Shown: positions 49,369 to 59,276 of the stretch, piece after piece
How the letters are laid out: each line of letters begins with the position of its first letter
How positions within the stretch are numbered: the first letter of the stretch is position 1
Source: an uncultured Verrucomicrobiae bacterium
Lineage (GTDB): Bacteria; Chlamydiota; Chlamydiia; Chlamydiales; Rhabdochlamydiaceae
Direction: 5' to 3'
Length of the DNA: 64,000 nucleotides
Assembly: GCA_963718565.1 (NCBI GenBank)
Contig: OY970364.1
Coordinates: forward strand, 128,001 to 192,000
The notes under the pieces: generated by a model
Told to the model about the DNA's origin: nothing
What the model saw: the letters and a program-made list of their open reading frames with translations, nothing else
Database searches by the model: none
Made by a program: the position numbers and the translations under genes

Positions 49369-50026
49369 AATCGTCTATGTTCTAACTAATGAGGCAATGC
49401 CGGGCATTGTAAAGATCGGAAAGACAACCGATATAGAACAGAGGAAGGGGGCGCTAGATAATACTTCGATACCTTTGCCCTTTCAGTGCTACTATGCGGC
49501 CAGAGTAGACAAGAGTGCGTGGGTGGAAAAAAAAGTGCACGATATATTTGGCGATAAACGAATTCGAAAAAACAGAGAGTTTTTTCGAGTAGACCCTAGT
49601 CAAGTGAAGTGTGCGATTGAGCTGGTCGCCATCGAGGATGTTACTCCACGGATCAATGATGAATTATCGAGCGATGATCGCAAGGCTCTTGATGATTTCA
49701 ATGAAAGACGACAGCCGTTTCGGTTTTCTCTAGCACGGGTTCCTGTGAATGCAAAAATACAATTTGAACGAGATAAAACGATAGAATGTCGTGTTGTCAG
49801 TGATAAAAACATTGAATTTGAAGGCGAAATAACTACGCTTAGTCGCGCAGCTTCCATTTTACTTGAGAGAAGGGGATGGAAATCCTCGCCAAATGTTCAA
49901 GGACCTTTGTATTGGCTCTATGAAGACGAAACCCTAAATGAAAGACGCTTGAGGTTCGAGGATAAGGTTCTTACTTCGGGTTCTTTCGAATGCCCTGGTA
50001 AAGAGTCGAGCTTGAACCCCCAGTAA
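49361..50026 (+). CDS. T5orf172/GIY-YIG nuclease with C-terminal RAMA/DUF4357-like domain
   Basis: IVYVLTNEAMPGIVKIGKT, EKKVH, REFF; IEFEGE.TTLS.AA....NVQGPLYW. Confidence 0.75.
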   Translation: MAEIVYVLTNEAMPGIVKIGKTTDIEQRKGALDNTSIPLPFQCYYAARVDKSAWVEKKVHDIFGDKRIRKNREFFRVDPSQVKCAIELVAIEDVTPRINDELSSDDRKALDDFNERRQPFRFSLARVPVNAKIQFERDKTIECRVVSDKNIEFEGEITTLSRAASILLERRGWKSSPNVQGPLYWLYEDETLNERRLRFEDKVLTSGSFECPGKESSLNPQ

Positions 50027-50094
50027 AGCGATTTTTGAATTCCCAAATATGATCTTGGATTTTGCGGAACAAAGCCAATTTTTTCCTTCAGCGC

Positions 50095-50625
50095 TTAGTA
50101 CTGCATGCAATTTCTTGCTGCTTGTAACGCTCTGAGTTCCGAAAGAGATCGAAATAAGATCTTTTCCAGAGTAATTTCATAGCGAGAAAGTAACGCTAGT
50201 TCATCGCCTTCAAAGCCCCCCAGTACTTCGATGATTTTTCCATTACCATAAGACTTTTGCTCGGCATGGTTGATCAGCATTGATTCCATTTGGGTTACTC
50301 TGGATAGCCTCCATGCTGCAGCTAGGGCTCGCTCCCAAAACAGCCTTTCTAAAAATCCTTGAGGTTGAAAATGGTCATAGAATTCAGTTTCAAGGCTTTC
50401 AAAGTCTCTTTTGGATTCACCATCGAGCAAGATTTGTTTGCTAAACACCCCATGTTTTAAGGCGTTTTTAGCAACAACTCCTCTACCTGCTTCTGTTTTG
50501 GGACCCGTGGATAGCTTGGCATTGTGGCGATTCGCATCGAATTGCTTCTGCGTGGAGTTCTTCTGATTTCCGATTTCTGATTTTTCTATGGAAATCGGAA
50601 AATCGGAAATTTGTGTGTTTATCAT
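50095..50625 (-). CDS. Hypothetical protein with STGPKT..G....NALKHG motif
   Basis: ANRHNAKLSTGPKTEAGRGVVAKNALKHG; overlaps the primase-helicase stop. Confidence 0.6.
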   Translation of the reverse strand: MINTQISDFPISIEKSEIGNQKNSTQKQFDANRHNAKLSTGPKTEAGRGVVAKNALKHGVFSKQILLDGESKRDFESLETEFYDHFQPQGFLERLFWERALAAAWRLSRVTQMESMLINHAEQKSYGNGKIIEVLGGFEGDELALLSRYEITLEKILFRSLSELRALQAARNCMQY

Positions 50626-52337
50626 ATAAGTCCTTGGTTTTTAGCTTTTTTTATTCTTGTTTCGACCTGGGATTTAGTCAGGCCAGTTTTTTGCATAATT
50701 TTCTCAATTGTCAAACCTTCTTTAACAGCTTCTGCTACAGCGGAAACTTCAGCATCGATAGGAGCTTCACTCATTTCCCATTGCCACAATCCATCGTTCT
50801 GTTCTTTAAGTTGAACTTGGAAAGAAGCGGCAGCCTCTCCTGCAAAATGCCTTGTTTTTTCGAAAACGATCTCAAAATATGAACCTTGGTCAGAGCAGTA
50901 GCCTTGTGGCTGTCTAAGCAAGATCACGGTATCGAGAATGTCCTCTTTTTTACTTGTGCCTCGTTGCTGGCCGCCCTTGGCTGCATGATGGATAAAGAGA
51001 ACCGATTTGCCTCGTCGCCGCAGTTCTAGTGCCCAATCCTGTACCGGCTGCCAACTTTCGGCTTCGTTTTCAATTCCGCTGCGGAAAAGGGTGGACACGT
51101 TATCGATGATGATCAGATCACTGCCCTCGATAGATCGTTCCACGGAATCGCGTCCTTCTCTTGTTGAGAGGTCTGGCATCGGTCCTTCTTGAAGGTCTGG
51201 TGTGATCAAGCGGAGAAAATCGCAGCTTGGCAATTTTAAATCCTCGGTAACTGAAATTCGTCTTAATCGTTCTTGCATTGCAACCGCCGGCATTTCTCCA
51301 TCTATGTACAGCACTTTCCTGGGTTTTGGTGCATGCCATTTCAGAAATTTTCCGCCAGTTGCGACAGCATAAGCGATTCCAAGGGCGACGTGTGTTTTTC
51401 CGACTCCTCGTTTTGCATAAAGGAGACAAAGTCCTTGAGTGGGAAGGAAGGGAGCAAGAATCATTTCTCGTTCTGGAAGTTCCATATTCAAAAATTCATC
51501 CATTGAAACGACTCGAATTTTTTCTTTGGGTTGAGCGGGCGCATAGTCGGGGGTTCTGTCGATGATTTCAAGCAACTGTCCTGTCGTCTTTCCTTCTGCC
51601 AACCAATCGCTGATATCTTTTCCATGTGATTCTTGATATTCCAGTCCCGGTAAATCAACGACACGGAGACGTTTTACTTTTCCATAGAGATTTTTGCACA
51701 ACAGGTTGCGTCTTTCCAAGCCTGTTTTATCCATGTCGTAGAGAATGATAACATCGGCGTTCTTCAGGATTTGAGTGAATTCGTCGGTCCATGTGAGAGA
51801 TTCCGGCGAAGTGGTCGCGGTCAGGTTATACCCCGCAAGTTTATCGGCATCCTTTTCGCCTTCAACGAGGAAGATGAGTGACTTATCGGAGATCCCTTTG
51901 AGAACTTCGGGCAGTCGATAAAGAACTTTTCTGCATCCTTTTAAGCTCTTGATAACTTGGCCATTTTCGATAGTACGTTCAGAATAGAGGCTCTTTGCTT
52001 TTCCATCGAAGCCGGGTTCGATTCGAATTTTTCGATAGAGCTCTTGGCCATTCTCATCTTGGTAGGAATAAACGGTTCGTTTGGACCCAAGCTGTCCGTT
52101 TACTGGGCAAAAGAGTTCGGAAACCTGAATGCTGAGGCAGGCGCATACGTCTTCGATCGAGCATCCAGCAAAGCATTTTAGTAGGATTTTTCCGTCAATG
52201 CCTTCTGATATCGAAAGACTCGGATTTGAATCGTCATGAGCGGGACAGCAAGCTGAATATCCTGAGCTTGTTCGTTGTGCAGTTTTGCCCGTTCTAGACT
52301 GAAGGTGTCCTAAAAATTCATGAAGCTTCATTCTCAA
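50622..52337 (-). CDS. Primase-helicase (Zn finger + Toprim + AAA_25/RepA-like)
   Basis: CPAHDDSNPSL..CFAGC; LVEGEKDAD; YDMD; AKRGVGKT; YIDGE; IIDN; FIHH. Confidence 0.88.
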   Translation of the reverse strand: MRMKLHEFLGHLQSRTGKTAQRTSSGYSACCPAHDDSNPSLSISEGIDGKILLKCFAGCSIEDVCACLSIQVSELFCPVNGQLGSKRTVYSYQDENGQELYRKIRIEPGFDGKAKSLYSERTIENGQVIKSLKGCRKVLYRLPEVLKGISDKSLIFLVEGEKDADKLAGYNLTATTSPESLTWTDEFTQILKNADVIILYDMDKTGLERRNLLCKNLYGKVKRLRVVDLPGLEYQESHGKDISDWLAEGKTTGQLLEIIDRTPDYAPAQPKEKIRVVSMDEFLNMELPEREMILAPFLPTQGLCLLYAKRGVGKTHVALGIAYAVATGGKFLKWHAPKPRKVLYIDGEMPAVAMQERLRRISVTEDLKLPSCDFLRLITPDLQEGPMPDLSTREGRDSVERSIEGSDLIIIDNVSTLFRSGIENEAESWQPVQDWALELRRRGKSVLFIHHAAKGGQQRGTSKKEDILDTVILLRQPQGYCSDQGSYFEIVFEKTRHFAGEAAASFQVQLKEQNDGLWQWEMSEAPIDAEVSAVAEAVKEGLTIEKIMQKTGLTKSQVETRIKKAKNQGLI

Positions 52338-52555
52338 CTCTGGGCAAAAGCTGATGTGGATTTAGAAGATTGACTTTCAATCCAGGTGTCGAATAAGTCC
52401 ATGCGTAGGACTAGTCGTTTGCCAACCTTTCTCACGGCTTCTTGAAGTCCGTTGCGATGGCGGTAAAGAAGCAGATGGCGCATCTGCCCCATGGTGAACG
52501 GGTATCTGCCGCTTTTTACAATTTGTTGCGGCGACCAGTACTCAATATTATTCAT
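52334..52555 (-). CDS. Excisionase/AlpA-like small DNA-binding protein
   Basis: 73 aa; YPFT.GQMR.L...R..NGL...VRKVGKRLVL....FDTWIE; coupled to the primase gene. Confidence 0.7.
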   Translation of the reverse strand: MNNIEYWSPQQIVKSGRYPFTMGQMRHLLLYRHRNGLQEAVRKVGKRLVLRMDLFDTWIESQSSKSTSAFAQS

Positions 52556-52686
52556 AAAATCTCCGTAAATCGGGTTTTTCTTGATCTGCGCCCAATTTTA
52601 ACGAAGGGTGCCGATTATTCGTCGGCACGGTGGTGGACAGTTTGTTGAAGAGTGGTAATTGGATAGCTTAACGATCTGAATAAGAA

Positions 52687-53727
52687 TTATTTAGGCTGAG
52701 TCCTATGATCGCCGAAATGATGAGGGTGGCTGAGTAACGTGACGTAAGTAATATTGCCATATTCTGGCTTTGGAGCGACGTTTTTCAAAGCGGTATCGAA
52801 GGTTCTGGTTAAACTACGGAAGGGGCGTTGAAGGATCGTTTCTCTTGGTTTTTTAGATGGTACGCGAGACAATGCATCAAGGAATTTAGCTACTCGGTGA
52901 GAAATCCTGATTTTTCGATCTCCAAATAGTGTTGGGACTAGCAGTGTTGGAAATTCACCGTCAAGATGAAGCGCAGTGGCTTTAGTTGCCCAAATTGTTT
53001 TCAAATTAACAGGCAATCGCAACCGAGAGCTTGTAAGGCAAAGCCAACAAAAACCCAAGCTCTCTGCTGCGGTGAGCTGAGCATTTGGGCGGCTATAACG
53101 ACATATTTTTGCCAATTCTACAAGAAGGTCACGTGCAGTTTCTTGAGGGATAGGATAGACTTCAGGTGCAATTTTTCTGGTAATTCTCCCATGACAGATA
53201 TCCATTTTTTCTGGGAAGATTTGCTCTAAGAATGCGATTTCTTCATTGGACAGGTTGCGCATATAGGCAAGAAAACTTTTGAAAGCACGCCATTCCAGTC
53301 TTGCCCCTTTTCCTTCTTCTTCTACTGCTTTGGCCATTCTAAGGACGTAGTCCAATAAAGTTTCTTTTTTGCGAGGCTTTTCAAGTTCAAAGTCCTCAAA
53401 GGGCTCGTAATAAGCGTCTGTGATCTCTAGCCATTTCTTCCAAGCTGCGATGCATTTTATTGCATCGCTTTTTGCAGTATCCGAGGAGATGGGTTTATCG
53501 AATAGCCACCGCTCTAATTCATTGATTTCTTTTACATCTGTTGCCCCATGAAGCCAGCATCGGGCATGCTTTTGATTCCAATTTTCTTCTGAAACAACAT
53601 CGAACCCTGGATTATCAATTTCCACTTGCCTCCAGAACTCTCTGATGTTCGTGAGATCAGTCTCAAGATCGTTTAAAATCTCTTTGGCGTTTGTGAGCGG
53701 GTCTTTTGCTGTACTCATAAAACTCAT
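52687..53727 (-). CDS. Hypothetical protein
   Basis: 346-aa ORF co-oriented within the island core. Confidence 0.6.
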   Translation of the reverse strand: MSFMSTAKDPLTNAKEILNDLETDLTNIREFWRQVEIDNPGFDVVSEENWNQKHARCWLHGATDVKEINELERWLFDKPISSDTAKSDAIKCIAAWKKWLEITDAYYEPFEDFELEKPRKKETLLDYVLRMAKAVEEEGKGARLEWRAFKSFLAYMRNLSNEEIAFLEQIFPEKMDICHGRITRKIAPEVYPIPQETARDLLVELAKICRYSRPNAQLTAAESLGFCWLCLTSSRLRLPVNLKTIWATKATALHLDGEFPTLLVPTLFGDRKIRISHRVAKFLDALSRVPSKKPRETILQRPFRSLTRTFDTALKNVAPKPEYGNITYVTLLSHPHHFGDHRTQPK

Positions 53728-53728
53728 C

Positions 53729-54808
53729 TCATTCCTTGTCGCTCTGGGTTTCTAGCCGTTGCTTTGCATGCTCAATTGCTTTGTTCAGTTTCTCTCGGAG
53801 AACTGCTTTGGAAGGTAGGGCAGTCAAATATTCGGCAACGTGGATGCCGGCTCGATCGAGTTCAAGGAGTTCGATCTGCTCACTTTGTTTGCCGGTGCAG
53901 AGAATAAGTCCCAAAGGAGGATGCTCCTCAGGCTGGCGCTCATATCTGTCGAGCCAACGAAGGTATAGTTCCATTTGTCCTTTGTGTTCAGGCTTAAAAT
54001 CTCCGAGCTTTAATTCGATGGCAACCAATCGTTTTAGTTTTCTATGGAAAAAGAGGAGGTCGAGGTGAAAATCTGTGTCATCGATAGTCATCCGTTTTTG
54101 ACGAGCAAGAAAGCAAAAGCCTATTCCTAATTCTAGTAAAAACTGTTCAAGCTCTCGCATGATCGCATCTTCAAGATCCTTCTCAATGTACCGATCATCG
54201 AGTTTCAGAAATTCAAGCACATAGGGATCACGAAAGACGAGGTCAGGTGAAAGTTGGTCTTCTTTGCGGAGGGCATCGATCTCAGCTTGAGCAACCAGTT
54301 CTGGACGTTTTGACAGTGCTGTTCTTTCATAAAGCATCGAGTCGATTTTTTTGCTTAAGGTCCGAACATTCCACCGTTCGATTCGGCACATCTCGGCGTA
54401 AAAATCGCGCTTGATAGCATCCTTGATCGGAATGAGTAACCTGAAATGGGACCAACTTAATTGGTGGGTCAGCGACAAAATGACTTGCTGGTCAGGAAAG
54501 ACTTCAGCGAACTGTATCATCCGATGTAAGTTCTTCTCCAAGAACCCTTTGCCATAATCTGCCGTCAATTGTCGCCACAGTGTGGCGACAATCTTTTTCC
54601 CGTATTCGGCACGTTCATCCTTAGGGATTTCTTTGCTGATGCGAGCTCCTACATGCCAGTACAGTAAGGTTAACCCAGCATTGACCGTGGACGCGATTGA
54701 CTTGCGGGTCTGATCGATCATGTGCCGCAGATCTTCAAGTAAAGCAACTGGGACGGTCGTCACGAGTGCCTGGGGCTGCGGAGGGGTGAGTGATGTTTGA
54801 GGATTCAT
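53729..54808 (-). CDS. DUF1016/YhcG-family nuclease
   Basis: Start MNPQT overlaps the integrase stop (ATGA); LSWSHF, RDPYVLEFL, LDLLFFHR, AIELK. Confidence 0.9.
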   Translation of the reverse strand: MNPQTSLTPPQPQALVTTVPVALLEDLRHMIDQTRKSIASTVNAGLTLLYWHVGARISKEIPKDERAEYGKKIVATLWRQLTADYGKGFLEKNLHRMIQFAEVFPDQQVILSLTHQLSWSHFRLLIPIKDAIKRDFYAEMCRIERWNVRTLSKKIDSMLYERTALSKRPELVAQAEIDALRKEDQLSPDLVFRDPYVLEFLKLDDRYIEKDLEDAIMRELEQFLLELGIGFCFLARQKRMTIDDTDFHLDLLFFHRKLKRLVAIELKLGDFKPEHKGQMELYLRWLDRYERQPEEHPPLGLILCTGKQSEQIELLELDRAGIHVAEYLTALPSKAVLREKLNKAIEHAKQRLETQSDKE

Positions 54809-55879
54809 AGAGAGTCTCCTTTGAGGATTTGGTCTGAGATTTGATTGCTGAATTGTTTTGTGACTTGGACATCCATGTGGGTGTAATGGAGCAGCATCGC
54901 TAGGGTGCGATGGCCTGTGGCAGTGGCCAGTTGGAGGTTGGAGGCGCCTTTTGCAGCGGCGTAAGTACAGAACGTATGGCGCATGTCGTGGGCTCGGCAA
55001 TTAGTGATATTGGCTCGTTGGAGGGCTTGCTGCCAAGCTTTCTTGATGTCGATTCGTCCGAATGCTGTTTTGCTGGCAAAGACGAGAGGTTTTTGGGGAT
55101 TTCGTCTCTTTGTAGAGGCATTGGAGTTCTTCGATGACGGGATCGCAGAGGGCGATGCTGCGGGGACGGCCATTTTTGGTTTCTTTGATGTAGGCGAGTT
55201 TGTTGTTGAAGTCGATATGTTTCCATTCGAGATTGAGAATTTCGCCTTGGCGGGCTCCTGTAGTAAGCGAAAGAAGGATGATGCAATAGAGGTAAGGGGA
55301 TTTGCTTCTTCGGGAAGCGGTAAGAAGGCGTGTGATCTCGTCTTCAGAAAGGACGCGGTCTCGGCCGGGGTTTTCTTTGAGTTTCATGAGGCGCAAGCGC
55401 GGGGTTTTCGCTGATCCAGCGGAGCTGGAGGGTGGCATAAGTGAGAAGGGAGGAGAGCGAGGCCATGTAGCGATTGGTAGTGGCAGCAGTTCGTTTAAGA
55501 CTTCTGTTGTGTGGGAGTGTCGGTGAGGAATTGCCGTTCCTTACCTAGCAGTTCGGGGGTGATGTGGACAAGGCCGTAGGAGCCAAGGCGTGATTTCCAA
55601 TAGTTGAGGTGGCGGAGAGTGTCATCGGCAGGAGCGATGATGTTCGAGTGCGCCGTCTTGGATGTAGCGTTCTGTGAGTTCGGCGAAGGTACGGATTTGA
55701 TTGTGTTGGTCAAATTTGAATTGACCGGCTTTGATTTGTCGTTCGACGTTTGAAGCCCAGTCATCGGCTTCTTGCTTGCGTTCGAAGTGATTGCAGACAG
55801 TAGGGTAGCCTTTGATGCGGACGACAGCGCGCCAGACGGTGGTGCCGTTTTCATTTTTGCGTTTGAAAATAGATGCCAT
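54805..55879 (-). pseudogene. Tyrosine integrase with multiple frameshifts
   Basis: Segments MASIFKRKNENG, TTNRYMASLS, TGARQGEI/TKNG, HDMRHT/TGH/HY in different frames. Confidence 0.88.
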
Positions 55880-56047
55880 GATTCCAACCTCATGTTTTGA
55901 GAGATTTAGTTGGTTGGATGGCGCTGCTGGTTAAGATTATTCTTTGTTGCACCGCCATTGCACCGTGCGGCTACAATTTAAACTTGAACTTGATATTCGT
56001 TCAAGTTAATTGTGCGCAAGTGCAATGGAATGTGCTGGTTAAGAATG

Positions 56048-56094
56048 TGGGGCAAGCAGGACTTGAACCTGCGACCAGCGGGTTATGAGTCCGC
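56048..56094 (-). repeat. att site: 3' half of tRNA-Ile2/Met (CAU)
   Basis: Reverse complement GCGGACTCATAACCCGCTGGTCGCAGGTTCAAGTCCTGCTTGCCCCA: anticodon arm, T-arm and acceptor 3' strand; no 5' half. Confidence 0.88.
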
Positions 56095-56229
56095 AGCACC
56101 CGCGCCACTTCCCAGCAGCTAACTGCCCAGAATCATAGCGGAAAGCGCTCCTTTCCATCCATCGCGAACTATCGCCACTTATCGCGCTTTTTTGCATGCT
56201 AGTGGTCCACAAATGGTCCACAGAAAGGC

Positions 56230-57636
56230 TTGATGATCTATTGGATTTTTGCTAAAAATGACTCAAAACATCGTAAAAAAATATCAAAAAGCGACCTTTT
56301 AATGGATGCCATCAGTCACATCGCTAAATTCTTTCGAATGGTTGTTTTTGTTGTTATTGCATTTATAGCAAGCTCTGACCTTGCTTATTGCGAGGAAATT
56401 CAATTTGATATTTATAAAGAGTTCACTGACACACAATACAAAAACCACCTCAAGGAATTTCAAAGAGCTTTTGGAAAGCAAATCGAAGAGGAATTTGGTC
56501 TAAAATGGATAGAAGGGGGGTTTACACATAATTTTTCCAGTGATGAACCAGAATTTTATGCCTATCATCGTGCAACACTTGAAGAGGCCAGAGCGCTTGT
56601 GCTGGCAGTAATACTTAAACTCTCTGAGGCAATTCATGCAGACCCAATAATGCTGTCTTATCTTAATAAATCATCTTTAACTCCAGATTTTCTGGGGGTT
56701 GATATTTGCTTCGTAGATTTACACAACTGGGGTTATGACGATGGTAGTATTGATAGCGTGTATTCTTATTATTCCAAGGGAGATACAAGTAATGTTAAAA
56801 AGCTGCATCTTCGATATAATGCAACAGACCCATTTAGTGATGTTTCAGACTTTGAAAATATTGTTTACAGTGATGTTAAGGAATCTTTTGAAGACGCTGT
56901 TAAACTTAATGCTGTAAACACCATCATAAATCCTATCATTCATTATCCAAAGGAATTTGAAGACGAGTTAAATAAAATTTTATCTTCTTTCAAAGAGGAG
57001 ATGAAAGAGAAACATAGCTTGTTCTTTCGGTCTATTGGATGGATGGTAGCCGGAAGCTCGACTTCTGACATATCGGAAATTCGTACTAAATGCACTTATC
57101 GTTATTCCGTTGATTGTCAGAAAGCTAGAGCGCTTATATTATTAACAACCGAAAAGCTACTCACTGCTTTGAATAACAGTGAAACACTTAAACCTTATTT
57201 AAAAGACTATCCTTTTTCAGCGAATGGCGTAAAATTGCGTATGCTTTTTAGAAAAGAAAAATATTTTGTTGGGGATGTGCCTTATTACGATGGAAGTATG
57301 GAGAGTGCTGTAGCTAGTGGAAATACCATTACTTATTATCATCACATTCCAAATGCTAGAGATTCAAGTAGGCACGATAGAATCATCTATGCAAAAGAAT
57401 CTTATCAAGAAGCTCAAAAGACCTTTGAAAACACTCCTCCTTTGACTCTATTTAAAAAAGTTACTAAAGGAATAAAAAACATCGTTTCTAAGTCCATTCA
57501 TTTTTTGGAATTGGCAGTTATTATGTTTTTCATGTTCTTGTTGCTTATGATAACCACAGGCGGCTGGTTATTTATAATTCCCGTTATCATATTTTTTATA
57601 TTACGTCGGAAGCGTAGGTCCTCACAAGAAAATTAA
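56230..57636 (+). CDS. Hypothetical membrane-anchored protein with two tandem homologous domains (true start probably 56302 or 56338)
   Basis: EEARALVL/QKARALIL, YDDGSIDSV/YYDGSMESA, KESFEDA/KESYQEA; C-terminal TM followed by RRKRR. Confidence 0.6.
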   Translation: MMIYWIFAKNDSKHRKKISKSDLLMDAISHIAKFFRMVVFVVIAFIASSDLAYCEEIQFDIYKEFTDTQYKNHLKEFQRAFGKQIEEEFGLKWIEGGFTHNFSSDEPEFYAYHRATLEEARALVLAVILKLSEAIHADPIMLSYLNKSSLTPDFLGVDICFVDLHNWGYDDGSIDSVYSYYSKGDTSNVKKLHLRYNATDPFSDVSDFENIVYSDVKESFEDAVKLNAVNTIINPIIHYPKEFEDELNKILSSFKEEMKEKHSLFFRSIGWMVAGSSTSDISEIRTKCTYRYSVDCQKARALILLTTEKLLTALNNSETLKPYLKDYPFSANGVKLRMLFRKEKYFVGDVPYYDGSMESAVASGNTITYYHHIPNARDSSRHDRIIYAKESYQEAQKTFENTPPLTLFKKVTKGIKNIVSKSIHFLELAVIMFFMFLLLMITTGGWLFIIPVIIFFILRRKRRSSQEN

Positions 57637-57950
57637 AGTATTTTGGTGAGAACAAATAGCTGCAAACTCCGAAGACTCGATCTTCAGGGCTCTTCAGGGT
57701 TTGGTCGTGACTGATACCTAGAAAAATGGGTCTTCCAGGTTTTTCTAGGTTATTTTCTAGGTTGTCCTATTTTTACAAGTCCTTAAATATGATAATATTG
57801 CATGCAGAATCGAATATATGTAGACATTTTTTAAATCTTTGGATGTTTATGTTTGTGAGATTTTTTCTCTTTAACCATTGCTATTTCGTTAGGAAATCAT
57901 GCTAAAATAAGGTTATATTGAGAGAAAATATCTCATAAAGGAGTCTCCTT

Positions 57951-59276
57951 ATGCTGATTCGATTTTCAATTGAAAATTGGATGTCCTTCCAAACCAAAGC
58001 CACTTTCTCGCTGATAGCAAGCCGTGAGCGTCAACATGGGGAGCGCATCCCTAAAATAGGCAAACTCAAACTCGGGGTTCTGCCTGTTGCGGCCGTATAT
58101 GGAGGGAATGCGTCCGGAAAAACCAATCTTTTTAAGGCCCTGCATTTTGCAAAAGGACTGATCGTTAAAGGGACCCAACCCTACAGCCTAATTGCTGTAG
58201 ATAGTTTTAGGCTTGGAAATGCACAAAAGGTCGAACAGCCAGCCCAGTTTGAGTTTGAACTGCTAATCGACGAGACGGTTTATGCATTTAGTTTCTCTGT
58301 TAACCGCAAAACCATTTTAGAAGAAAAATTGGTTCATATTTCTGGTAACAGCGAAAAGACTCTTTATCATCGAGTATCAGGAGAGCCTAATTTCGATTCA
58401 TCTTTAAAGAGTGACCAATCGCTCCAGTTTGCTTTCAAAGGCACTCGCGATAATCAGCTCTTCCTCACTAATTCAGTTTCTCAAAAAATAGATGCCTTCA
58501 AGCCAGTGTACGACTGGTTTAAAGATACATTGGAGCTGATCGCGCCTGATTCAAGATTTGAACTTTTTGAGCAATTTTTGGATGAAGGACATCCTTTGTA
58601 CGCAACGATGAATAAGATGTTGTCCCAATTAGATACTGGAATATCTCATCTTGGCGGTGAAGAAATTCCATTTGAAAATTTACCGCTGCCCGAACCGATA
58701 AAGATGAAGTTAAGAGAAGAATTGGCAGAAGATGCGACTGTCAGATTATTAGCCGAACCTGGGAATGAGCGTTTTGTCGTAACTCGAAAGAATGGCGAGT
58801 TAATCTCAAAAAAACTGGTCACCTATCATTTAAATTCTGATGGTTCAGAAACGAAGTTCGATATGAGACAAGAATCGGATGGTTCTCAACGTGTTATCGA
58901 TCTTCTTCCCGCTTTTTTAGAGCTATCTGCAGCTCAATCCAAAAAAGTCTATGTCATCGATGAAGTAGACAGGAGTTTACATACATTGTTGATCAGGCGT
59001 CTTCTAGAAGGCTATCTGGCAAAATGTTCTCATAATAGTCGCTCTCAGTTACTATTTACCACTCACAATGTGTTATTGATGGATCAGGATTTACTCAGAC
59101 GAGATGAAATGTGGATTGCAGAACGAAATGCGGAAGGGGTTTCCAGCTTGCTGTCTTTCAGCGAATACAAAGATGTGCGCTATGACAAAGACATTCGAAA
59201 AAGCTATCTCCAAGGACGCTTAGGAGGTATTCCTCGCATTCTTCTACAATCTCCCATCGAAAACCATACACAATGA
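57951..59276 (+). CDS. RloA-like AAA_21 (AbiEii-type ABC) ATPase
   Basis: [42 protein letters not shown]. Confidence 0.85.
   Translation: MLIRFSIENWMSFQTKATFSLIASRERQHGERIPKIGKLKLGVLPVAAVYGGNASGKTNLFKALHFAKGLIVKGTQPYSLIAVDSFRLGNAQKVEQPAQFEFELLIDETVYAFSFSVNRKTILEEKLVHISGNSEKTLYHRVSGEPNFDSSLKSDQSLQFAFKGTRDNQLFLTNSVSQKIDAFKPVYDWFKDTLELIAPDSRFELFEQFLDEGHPLYATMNKMLSQLDTGISHLGGEEIPFENLPLPEPIKMKLREELAEDATVRLLAEPGNERFVVTRKNGELISKKLVTYHLNSDGSETKFDMRQESDGSQRVIDLLPAFLELSAAQSKKVYVIDEVDRSLHTLLIRRLLEGYLAKCSHNSRSQLLFTTHNVLLMDQDLLRRDEMWIAERNAEGVSSLLSFSEYKDVRYDKDIRKSYLQGRLGGIPRILLQSPIENHTQ

Larger units (their letters stand above)
41583..56094 (-). mobile_element. Island A: 14.5-kb PICI/satellite-like integrative element with defence cargo
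   Basis: tRNA-fragment repeats at both ends; int-DUF1016-hyp-xis-primase/helicase core; TGCACCG-N4-TGCACCG inside both ends; no capsid or conjugation genes. Confidence 0.8.

Noticed and set aside
54809..55000. N-terminal extension of the 423-aa DUF1016 ORF
   Set aside because: It is an alternative frame of the integrase 3' end; the real start at 54808 has an RBS and ATGA coupling.
41583..56094. Prophage
   Set aside because: No terminase, portal, capsid or tail genes were recognised.
56048..56125. Complete tRNA-Met/Ile gene
   Set aside because: Only the anticodon arm to acceptor 3' strand is present; the sequence beyond 56094 has no D-arm or 5' acceptor strand. The same holds for 37061 and 41583.
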